DNA from: Podarcis gaigeae
Taxonomy: Eukaryota
Direction: 5' to 3' (one strand)
DNA length: 64,000 nt
NCBI GenBank assembly: GCA_964106915.2
Contig: OZ066915.1
Shown one piece after another: positions 13,383 through 24,556 of the stretch (position 1 is the first letter of the stretch; every line of letters starts with the position of its first letter). The position numbers were made by a program, and so were the translations under genes. The notes beneath the pieces are model-generated. The model did not search any database, was not told where the DNA came from, and was given only the letters and a program-made list of their open reading frames with translations.

Positions 13383-13722
13383 GCATGCAGGGCAGTAGCT
13401 ATACCTAAAACAAACTGAGTATATTTCATTAAAGGATCAGAGATTGCACTATACAATACTTCTTTTGCTCATCCAAAAAGTCACTGAATTAACAGACTAA
13501 ATGAAAAATCCCAGTATTAACAAGCTTCTACATCACAGTCAAGGGATTTTTCTGTAACTACCACCCATGTGTTCTGGAGGTAGCTACAGTTCTGTTGTGA
13601 GACCCCAAAAGCTTATGGACCTTTATTGGTTGTTATGGACCTTTATTGAGATGGAGATGCTGCCATCCCAGCTGTGATGGATCCCCAATGCTCACTGCCT
13701 TTTTCTCTTCTCGCTTTCTTAG

Positions 13723-13873
13723 AAGTGCCACAGGTGAGGCTTGGCATGAGATCATGCTCTCCTGTCTGAGTGGAAAGCTCTGTGATGAGAAAGCAGACCT
13801 CAAAGGCAGAGAGTGTGGCAATGAATTTGCATACTTCTATTTTGTTTCCTTCATCTTCTTGTGCTCTTTCCTG
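13723..13873 (+). CDS. CACNA1A: CACNA1A exon 35 (domain IV pore TGEAW and S6): [50 protein letters not shown]
   Basis: tttcttag|A AGT...CTG|gtgagt; 151 nt; selectivity-filter Glu. Confidence 0.97.
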
Positions 13874-14439
13874 GTGAGTCAAAATTCATAAAGGGAAGCA
13901 GTGGGGGGGGGGGGACATAGGACTGTGATACACAGTTTGATAGAACCAGGATGCCAGCAGACCACATTTCTAAGATGACAATTTCATTATGCAGTAGTAA
14001 ACACTTGTTGTGGGGATTAGGACATCTTTCCACAACATGATGCTGGAGTTACAGGGCTGTTTGTTTTTAGAGACAATGTTTTTCATTATTATCAGCCGTA
14101 GAGTAACAGAATGAGCAAAGGGGATGAATGGGGAGGGTGGGTAAATAGGTATTGTGTGCTTTTAGTGTGTTAGATTGGCACGCACATATTTTTAAGTGCC
14201 ATAAGTGTCAATCAGAGAAGGCATTCCTAATAGCATTATAGACATTTGGGTGTTTTGCCAGAGGAAGATCGCTTTTTTCTAGCATTCAAATATTAATCAC
14301 ATGGAGAATGCAACTTTCCCTCCAGCGAGCACTTCTGTGGTTGTGCAACTATCATATACTTTTATTAGCTGGTACCTGTACAATCCCTGTTGATGAAAAA
14401 TACACTTCTCCCCACATCGTCTTGTGCCATGTGAGAGTT

Positions 14440-15180
14440 TGATTTTTTTAATTATTAGTATTTTTATTGACATACCTTGTAAAAGTGCAATCAGTTGAAA
14501 GCGTCATATATACATTGCCCTGTTATTTATAATTCTAGAACATAATGAACATTGCCCATTTTTCCATTATTTTGTTTGATTGGTTTACATGTGTTCTGTT
14601 AAAATAAGTTAAGTCATTGTTATGATAAACCATACCTTCTCTATCCACTCTAATAAAGACGGTGTGTTCCGCTTTTCCAATACTTGGCAATTGTTATTTT
14701 TGTGGCTGTTAATAAATTAACTACCACCTCCAAGTCGTTTTATGAATTTTTTAAAAATCCTAAAAATACAGTCCTAAAATAATGATGCATAAGATAATCC
14801 ATGGTAGTATTAAGGATTGTATTCAAAACAGATTGAATAATAGGACACACCCCAAAAATATGTATAAAGTCAGCTTTTCTTTCCCCACATCTCTGACAGT
14901 TTGTCCTCATCAGTATTCTATATCAAATTCAACTTATAAGGGGCACAGTCCCATTAATACTGATTTTTATAATAATCGTACTTTAAATCAGCTGATAACC
15001 TTTGAAGACTATGAGCTCATATTTATTTCCATCTATATGTATTTATTTCATACCCATATGCTTTCCAGTTTTTTCCATAAAATTACTGGTTGTTTGTTCT
15101 GTAACTTGAATCAGATCATAAAATTTACTTATATTCCCCCTTCTCTCTGCATTTGTAAAAAGAGCTGTTTTTAATGGTTT
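14440..15180 (-). mobile_element. L1/Tx1-type LINE 3' fragment (decayed ORF2 C-terminus)
   Basis: Reverse strand reads CQRCGERKADFIHIFGVCP (CCHC knuckle) and LLTATKITIAKYWK...EWIEKVW; T-rich tail at left end. Confidence 0.7.
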
Positions 15181-15809
15181 TTAAGTGTGTTTTTTTACTG
15201 CTGTAGATACTGAGCAATTCCAGCAGGAACACTCAAGTATCTTTATCTGTCTCCCAGGAATAAGGGCACTCTAGGCAGTTGCTTAGCTTGCCTCTATGGT
15301 TGGTCAGTCCTGATTGGTGAAGGAGGAGCTTGGGGAATGGCCCCAACATTGGTCAACATCTGTTCTCTCACCAATTAGTGGTACTAGTGGGAGAGGATAC
15401 CTGAAGCTCTGAAGCAATAAAACCCAGTGTGGTATCTCCACTCGAATGAAGAGCTGCTGTATTTTGTAGCTAACAAGTAGTACTTGCAGTATGGAGTCTT
15501 CCAGTTCAGGATTTTAGTCAGCTAGCCAAGAGCTCTTTCAGGATACCCCATTTAATTTCCCCTCCCCTCTGATTTTCCATATTGTTTTTCCTCCCACCAT
15601 CAGGCAACATTCCATGGCTACTGAGCAAGCTTAGTCCTCATTGAACTGTTGATTCCTCTGCAACATACACTGAGGGCTATGCTTGCTCAGGAATGCTAGC
15701 TGGTGGTTGTTGCAGACCTGGGGGAGAACACAAAAATGGGAAATTATGGTTTTAAAAAAAGAAGTTTTTTTGTCCTTTTGCAAACCTTGGGTTTTCTGTC
15801 ACACCTGCT

Positions 15810-16603
15810 TGTGTGCGGATTATACCGTTTTGGCTTCATAAAGACCCTCCTCCCTGCAAGAGAGGGGAGTGGTTGTGGGTGGGAGCCCGAGCTCCGCCCC
15901 TAGCAGGAGGCGATAGCCCCCTGCCTCCACCTCACCTGGCTGGTGCCCACGCCTCTCGGCAGGCATCCAACCAGGTGCCTGAGAGGGGGGGGGTTCAGCA
16001 GCCTTTTGCTGCGGTGCCAGCCTCTCCCTGGCCTCATTCTTCATCGTCTCGCCGCGAGTCACCCACCCTCCACTCCCTTTGAGTTAGGACTTAGTTCATT
16101 GGCCTTGCTATGGACCTTAGGTTGGTCGCCCTGGTTGTCTAGGGGGCCTGGTAGGAGTTTTTCCATTTGGCATTAGGCTTTTTGGTTTTTTCGCCTACCT
16201 CGTAGCAATCGTCACAACTTTTGTGGTATTGGTGGGTAGGTTAGGCACTGGAATAATGTGTTGTGCTGTGTCAAAGAGCTAGGTGTGGCCATCGCCTATG
16301 CCTTCAATTTTTGGGTATTCCGTTAAAGGAATCTGGTGGTCATGTATTCTGTCCGATGCCTGCTTGGCGGGAGGCCATGGCACGACCCTCGGTGACATCA
16401 GGGGAGAGCCTATAGTTGTATTAGCATCAACAGGCTACACCTACTGGTGAATAAACCCACTTGTTTGAGAAATCCAATGCCTAAGCCAATACCTTTTCAC
16501 TGATGTAATCAATAAAGTTGTGGCCTTTCCTTGCCCTTTAACCTTATATCACGTGTCCTTGTGTATTCTTTCCACATTGCGGGGGTCGGGTCCTCGAACC
16601 ACA
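15810..16603 (+). mobile_element. GC/CpG-rich retroelement terminal-repeat-like insertion (LTR or DIRS/Ngaro-like; class uncertain)
   Basis: Abrupt CpG-rich block with AATAAAGTTGTGGCC near its 3' end; no clear TSD. Confidence 0.45.
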
Positions 16604-17146
16604 AGCCAATATTCAGAGAATTCAGTTAGCTGTTAGTATATGATTTTCTGCCATTTGCACTCTAGAGTCAGGGAAGGACAGCTTTTGAGTGAATTGCAGC
16701 TTCATTTCTCAAATGAGGAACAGGCTGTTTGGTAGCTGCAAGAAGGACCTGCAGCTCCCAAGCATGATCTAGTGTGGCAGTGGTGGTTGCAACCACAGGA
16801 GGTAGCTTGAGGTAGGCAGCAGCCTTTGCTTTGTGGCAAATTGTATGTATGTGTAAGAGAGAATGTCAGCAGGTAAATGGTGAGTTGTATTGTTCTACTC
16901 ACAGGTATGCTTATTCCAAGTTTTAAAATGTTACTTTTGTGCCTGCATATCTGCATATATAAGTTTGTTCATGTTACCGTTGCTAATATGCAATGTGGGG
17001 GGGGGGGAGGCGAAGGGGTGTGCCACCATTTGCCATGTTGGTCCCTCTCTCTAGTTACTTGAGGTCACATAGACTCTGGGCCTAAGCCTTGGTTTGCAGC
17101 AAGATGATAATTCTCAGCATTATTGAGCATTTCACCAGTTACTTAA

Positions 17147-17314
<168 letters not shown>

Positions 17315-18033
17315 TAAGGACATGCCTACCTGGCCGTTCCCAATACTGTACTCACAGCCATTGCCCCACACCAAGCAAAAGCTTGGGAAAGTGGATCAAA
17401 TTGATCCATGCTTGGGGAAAACTCTCCTTAGTAAGGAAAACAGGGGCAGGGGATGGGGAAGAATTAGGCCTTAGAAGCTGGGCAGCGAGGCTACAGCTTA
17501 AGATTCCTGGGTCCTGCTGATTCCAACTCTATTAGGAAAGAGATTTAGCAGTGTGAAAGCTAAGACACCTATGCTCTCTATATTACTTTCACACAAGAAG
17601 TGCATTGGCTGGTAGGAGCATCGACCCCTGTGTTTTTGTTCATCTCAGGAAGGGAAACAATATTTAGGACTACAAAAGAAAAATAGTCTTATGCTTGTTC
17701 TACTCTAACAGAGCGAAGATATGATGTCATATTGGTAGATACAGTCCTTATCTGTAATGATGTGAGAGAAAGGCAGAAGCCTAATCTGAGGCAGAGACTG
17801 GAGCCACTGCCCCTGTTTGCATGCAGCTCCATTGTGAGTCACCCACCTTAGCTGAGTTCCAGTCAGTGTGGATCTGTGGCCACTGCCACTCTGCCATTCC
17901 CATTCCTGTTGGCTAATTTCTGTGGGTCTCACTAGGAACAAGAGATTGCAAGAAGCAGATATGGGGGAGGTTTATCTCTGATTAACATTTCCTCTTTTAA
18001 TTTTAGGTTTTTGCAGCTGGACTCTGTCAACTT

Positions 18034-18076
18034 CACACACGCACACGCACACGCACACACACACACACACGCACAC
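18034..18076. repeat. (CA)n/(CACG) microsatellite
   Basis: Direct read. Confidence 0.85.
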
Positions 18077-18228
18077 CCTTACATTATCCCATATGTTCAA
18101 AAGGGCATGATGTATGGCCCCTTGTGCCCAGGGATACCTGTTGCCATTTCCCTATTCTACCTAGTGGGCTATGTAGCCCCTACTGTAGGAAAACTGAGTA
18201 ACATCACTAGTGTCACTTGAGCCAGACA

Positions 18229-18335
18229 TGTGTATCTGAAGAAGTGTGCATGCACACGAAAGCTTACACCCAGAACAAACTTAGTTGGACTCTAAGGTGC
18301 TACTGGACAATTTTTAATTTTTATTTATTTATTTA
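18229..18335 (+). mobile_element. Penelope-like element terminal fragment with minimal hammerhead ribozyme core
   Basis: CTGAAGA-a-GTGTGC-at-GCACAC-GAAA-GCTT followed by ttagttgg..taaggtgctactgg; 12-bp TSD TTGAGCCAGACA at 18217-18228 and 18336-18347. Confidence 0.75.
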
Positions 18336-19446
18336 TTGAGCCAGACAGTTATCTCAGTGAAGCCCCTGATGGTAGCAGCTATGCTTCATGTTTTGTGTCA
18401 TGTTAGTAGTATGTGAGCTAAAAAAGGGTTATTGTGGTACTGACATGGAAGCCGTCACAGAACCTACCAGTGTTACGTATTGTTCAGCCATTAAAGAAAT
18501 GTGCTCAATAGCTCTGTTAGTTATAAATGACACACTTCTCAAATGTTGGCCTGTAGAGAGGTGTTTGTTTGTTTGTTTGTTTGTTTGTTTGTATGTTTGT
18601 GTATGTATGTGAGACAGAGAGAGAGAGCATGTGTATGTGTGTGCCTGCTAGGGCCTGGCCTACCATTCTGGTGTGTAACTATTCTTGTAATTTTTTTATG
18701 GTTTGCTGGGGAGGAGGCCAAGCACTCTGCTGCTGCAAGCAGGCACAGTGAGCAGAGTTGTGATAATTGGCACCTAACAGAAGGTCCACCCAGCGTTCTC
18801 TTGGTATCGTTTGTCACCCCTGTGCCCTGTTGAGAATGAATGCCCGTTGTGTCCAGGTTTAATGTGTTTGTTTACGCTGCCAGCCCTAACTGGCAAAACC
18901 TGCCAAGCCCAGCTGAGGGAGTGTTCATCAGGGAGCCTGTGCCATGCAGGGGCAGGAAAACCAGGTCTGCCCCCGCCTGAGCACTGGTTTCTATGCATTT
19001 ATTAATAAGGAAGAAAAATGTTGGAATGGGAAGCCCATGGCTCCTAGAGTCCATGGCACAATGACTGGTTTTAGAACGTCCATTGTGAGTTACAGAAAGG
19101 CAGCAATGCCTAATGGAAGACATACCCAAGTTGGGACCTCAGCTCACACTTGACACATGATCTTTGATAAATCTCACCATGCTGCATAGTTGTGTGTCAT
19201 TCCCCTATCTTCCTGTCACCCTATATATTAATGAAAATGGTACTGGCTCATCTTTTTCCCCAGTACTGATGGAGAACCCAATAGAGCTGCAGCAAAACCT
19301 GGGCTGCACAGCTCTGAGAAGCCCCTTTCCCCCTGCTGCCACCTATGGGAATGTACAGTTTCTCCATAAGCCCTGGGGGGGGGGTGTGGTTTGGCTGGAC
19401 TGAAGGTCTCTAGCCGGCAGTCCTGCTATGTTCTGTGTGTTAATGA

Positions 19447-19608
<162 letters not shown>

Positions 19609-20558
19609 TGACTTACACTAAAACCTGCTAGCATCAACGGAATGAATGTTGCTTATGATTTCTTTAATATATATATTTCATATATATATATCTATATATA
19701 TCTGTACACATACCTATCTCTATATATTGCACTTTCAAGAGTAATTTAATGTAATTAGCCAACAGAATGCGTGAAATGATGCTGCCACCCAGACCAGTAA
19801 CGCATGGAGCATACCGGTTACCTTGAACCATCTCTGCTTGCTGTTAGCTGGAGCTAGGCCTGGAGGGTTCTATGAGTCTCTCTCTCTCTACTCACCTCCA
19901 CCACTCTCTGCACATTAATACTTCATTTGGGGAGGACAGAGACTCCATTGACACCTCTGCCATTTCCCCCCCTCCCCTCCCCTCCCCTCCCCACTTCTTT
20001 CCACCACCCCCTTTCCCTCCACCTTCTCTTCCTGCACTCTGCCCTCCTCCCACATTGGCAAAGAGGGGCTTTCTCATCTCAATCTGTCTTTCTCTTTCTC
20101 TCCTTCTTTCTGTGGATCTTCATTACTAAGAGGACCTGACTCTGCACTCCTTGGCCCTATAAGCCCATGGAGGATTGTGGTCTGCATTTATAACCTGAGG
20201 CTGAGTAAACTAGATGGAGGCACATGCTTAAGTTAAACCTGTCCCTTTTGCAATGGGAACGCTAGCTCTGTAAGTACGGAGCTTGCACTTAAGCATTTTG
20301 CTGGATCACAGCCAGTTTGAGGAGCCATCTTTCTACTCCCAGTCGTCCATGAAGATCAAGCATATTTGAACTCTTGGCTGACAAGCAGCACAGTAATCTT
20401 TACATTTTTATCTTCCATTTTTTTCTTTTCCAATTGATTTCCAATATTTTTCTCTTCTTTGCATCTCTCTCTCTTTTCTATTTTTCTGTGTATTTTTTCC
20501 TTTTTTAATTATTATTAATTTTTTTTGGTTGTTTTTATTTTTAATTTTTTGCTCCCAG

Positions 20559-20655
20559 GGGCCGGATGACTTTCATGGACATGTATGAGATGCTGAGACA
20601 CATGTCTCCACCCCTGGGGCTAGGGAAGAAATGCCCTGCCCGTGTTGCTTATAAG
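20559..20655 (+). CDS. CACNA1A: CACNA1A mutually exclusive exon 37b (EFb): (W)[32 protein letters not shown]
   Basis: ctcccag|G GGC...AAG|gtagaa; 97 nt; paralogous to 37a; long U-rich tract upstream. Confidence 0.95.
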
Positions 20656-22544
20656 GTAGAATAATTTTTAAGAAATAAACAAGGCATATTTCAAGTTAGC
20701 TTCATTTTTAATTATTTTTTTTCAACAACAAAAATACAAAAGCTATAATTTTTGTACATTTCTTCCCCCTTCTCAATACAATTTCTTGAGCAGTAACAGT
20801 GTGTCCGTTCAGTACCGTTAGCGTTTCATGTTTCAGAGACTCCATTATGGCCAATAAATGTTGGGTGGGTAAGAAACAACTCCAAGGTGCATGATCCTAC
20901 TCAAAATCCTCCATCAAAGTGCCACCACCCTGTCCTCCTGCATCTAGCAGAAGAGACACTGCTTTTAAAATGTTTCACCTCCCATTCCCTTTGCCGCCGC
21001 CTCCCCCCCCCCCACCCAAACAATTTAAACAGCTGTGATTGCTCTGAAACTATCCAGCCAATACAGAATGAACTGGGAAGAACAAAGCCGGAAGGGGAAG
21101 AGAGACCAAAGATCCAAAACACATTTAATGGCACTATGAGTACTTTTGATCAGGCCAGTGTGTCCGCTTCTAGTGTGGGGGTCAAAATGATATTAGTCAC
21201 CATTACCTTCACTCTCCAGAAAGAGCTGATGCCATTGGATTGAAATGTTTTCTAAATAAGTAAAATGCATGGCCCTGTGCATCTATTCATCAGTTTTCCT
21301 CTACCTGGGCAATCTTTCCCTTTGACACTGTAGTGGAGCTCCTGAATCTCTGTTAAAATCCAGTTAACCACATTGCAGGGGTAGGTTGCAGCATAGTACA
21401 TATGACTGTTGATGAGCTTTTTGGTGTCAATATAGAGAACACTGCAGAGAAAATTAATGTTATACCCATTAATTGAAAGCATATGATGCACTTGAACTGC
21501 CCATATATGCAGGTGAACAATGTAGCATATAACTAGAAGTTTGCCCACACTCATCCATTTCAGACAAAATCCCCCCAATGAGATGAAGTTTCTGTGGTTC
21601 CCAACTTTCATGAATGCACCTCACATGTTCAGCAGTATCCAGGACCCAAAATCCCCTGGTGTCTTTCACGGTATGAACAGAGCTCTCCCAGGAATTCCTG
21701 ATCAACCTCCTGTGAGTAATGTGAAATGTGGGGATAGCACAGGTAGCACAAAGGCAGAAGCACGTTATTCAGACTCCATGCCCTGGTTCTCACGGATGAG
21801 GTAATTTGCAGGGATCAGTTAATTTCCTTGTATCTGGGTTTAGATTATCTGGATAAATTCCAGATAAATTTCACAATATTTCAAAACAGCAGGAAATTAA
21901 ATGTAAACAAGATAGTAAGAAAGCCACTGTCCTCACAATTTGTTCCTCTGTCAAGTGAACACTGAAACATAAAAGCCCAGGAACATTTGTGCAGCAAATG
22001 GTATCATCCCTTAAGGAGCTCCATTGGGAGTTCCCAGGGCTTTTTTTTCCAGTTCTGGGACCTCTCTTTTGGACTCCATTGCCTTTCTGATAGAACAGGG
22101 GAGGTGTTTGGGGTGATTTCTGGCACCTCTTTTTAAGAAGAATTGCACTGTGAGTCCCAAGGACAAAGGCAGTGCCCCCATCTATCCCCACCCCCCTGCA
22201 TCCTAGAGACATTGGATAGTGTGAAGGGACCAGAATGCATGTGTGGCTTCCTGCACATGATGAGAGCCTATGCAATGATAAGACAAAGTCACTTTCAGTT
22301 TCAGTGAGGGAGATAAAGCCATGGAAAAGTGATAGGTCACCAAGGAAGGCGAGGACAGTGCAATTTACCCCATGGTCCTCTTTGCCCCCCCCCAATGATA
22401 TGGGATCCTAGTTGCTCCTGAGTGTCCTCCCAGGCATTGTGGAGCCTGTTCTGCACCTAAGGACAAGTGGTCATTAGGAGATTTGGGGTGAGGTGACCTC
22501 AGTATGCTGATGCTACCCAGCTCTGCTCTGTAACATCAGGAGAG

Positions 22545-24206
22545 ACTGTGCAAGCTATAGATTTGTACCTGGACTAGGGGCTGGATAAGAGCCAGTAAAC
22601 CAGCTCTGAATCCTAGCAAGGCAAAGGTGCTGTAGTGAGTGTTTCCCAAGTCCAGATAATTGGTCAATTGCCTGTTTTGGATAGGGTCATACTCCCCCCC
22701 CCCCAAAAAAAAAGCAGGTTTGTAGCCTGGAGATACTCCTGGATCCATCTTTATCATTAGAGGCCCAGATGACCTCAGTGGCTAGGAATGCCTTCTACCA
22801 GCTTCAACTGGTAAGACAGCTACAGCCATTTCTGGATCAGAATATCCTGACCGCCAGGCTGGATTACTTACTTCAGTGTACTTGCCTTTGGGGTTGGTCC
22901 AGAAGCTGCAGCTGTTGCAAAATCTGGTGCTTAGCTACCAGGCTAAATTCGTGGTGCTGGTTTTGCTGTATAAAGACCTATACAGCATGGGACCAGGATA
23001 CCCAAAGGATTGTCTTACACCTTAGATACCTAGTCAATCATTGTGCTTTGCAGGTGAGGGCCTCCTCAGAAGGTCCATCCTGTACAATGTCAGAATTGGG
23101 CCCTACCATTTGGAATTCCCTTTCCTTAAATAGTAGATAGGTGCACCTAACGAAGATCTTCCTCTTTCATCAGGCCTTTTAAGATGAATCATAGAATCAT
23201 AGAGTTGGAAGAGACCACAAGGGCCATCGAGTCCAACCCCCTGCCAAGCAGGAAACACCATCAGAGCACTCCTGACATATGGTTGTCAAGCCTCTGCTTA
23301 AAGACCTCCAAAGAAGGAGACTCCACCACACTCCTTGGCAGCAAATTCCACTGTCGAACAGCTCTTACTGTCAGGAAGTTCTTCCTAATGTTTAGGTGGA
23401 ATCTTCTTTCTTGTAGTTTGGAACCATTGTTCCGTGTCCGCTTCTCTGGAGCAGCAGAAAACAACCTTTCTCCCTCCTCTATGTGACATCCTTTTATATA
23501 TTTGAACATGGCTATCATATCACCCCTTAACCTCCTCTTCTCCAGGCTAAACATGCCCAGCTCCCTTAGCCGTTCCTCATAAGGCATCGTTTCCAGGCCT
23601 TTGACCATTTTGGTTGCCCTCCTCTGGACACGTTCCAGTTTGTCAGTGTCCTTCTTGAACTGTGGTGCCCAGAACTGGACACAGTACTCCAGGTGAGGTC
23701 TGACCAGATCAGAATACAGTGGCACTATTACTTCCCTTGATCTAGATGCTATACTCCTATTGATGCAGCCCAGAATTGCATTGGCTTTTTTAGCTGCCGC
23801 GTCACACTGTTGGCTCATGTCAAGTTTGTGGTCAACCAAGACTCCTAGATCCTTTACACATGTACTGCTCTCAAGCCAGGTGTCACCCATCTTGTATTTG
23901 TGCCTCTCATTTTTTATTTTTTTTTGCCCAAGTGCAATACTTTAAATTCATCTTGTTTGTTTTGGCCCAGTTCTCTAATCTGTCAAGGTCATTTTGAAGT
24001 GTGATCCTATCCTCTGGGGTGTTAGCCACCCCTCCCCACCCCTACTACGAACATACCCATGCAGATCTTTACCAGTCTGCATCTGTACTTTAATTGTTTT
24101 AAAGATGGTTTTATTATTTTATCCCTTGTGGTTCACTGCCTTGGGCTTCTTTGAAAGGAAGGGCAGGGTATAAATTTAATTAATAAATAATAAATAAAAT
24201 AAATAA
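22545..24206 (+). mobile_element. Old L2-type LINE fragment, interrupted by a CR1 insertion
   Basis: Decayed RT C-terminal peptide (SVARNAFYQLQLVRQLQPFLD...RLDY) and 3' tail gggcagggtataaat(taaa)n at about 24160-24206. Confidence 0.65.
23187..24035 (-). mobile_element. Young 5'-truncated CR1 LINE (ORF2 RT C-terminus intact, 209 aa)
   Basis: ORF 23261-23890 with [10 protein letters not shown]...[13 protein letters not shown]...RRLRGDMI; CR1-type (ATTCTATG)n tail. Confidence 0.93.
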
Positions 24207-24471
24207 CATCACATCTAGTTTGGTGCTGATAATGATTTATAAAGCTCGTTCTGAGCATTTAATTCAGTATTTAACCAGTATGCAATTAGAGTTCTCACTT
24301 GCTATGCATTTTTTTCATAATTGAAGTTTTTCTGTTGTATGTATCCTAGAGATCACTTTTGATCTACACCACTTTCCTTAACCATGGCATAGGTATGGCC
24401 ACTTGGTGCTGCATTCATATGGCAGCAGCTGATAATGCAATTTAGTACAGAAGCATAAATTTAGGAAACAA

Positions 24472-24556
24472 TACTGAATAATGAAAAATAGGATTTTGAT
24501 TGATGGTCCTTTTTACTGAATAATGAAAAATAGGATTTTGAATGATGATCCTTTTT
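24472..24556. repeat. 42-bp tandem duplication
   Basis: tactgaataatgaaaaataggattttga.tgatg.tccttttt twice, 2 mismatches. Confidence 0.85.

Noticed and set aside
23261-23890. 209-aa ORF as an independent gene
   Set aside because: It is the C-terminus of CR1 ORF2 from a 5'-truncated retrotransposon.
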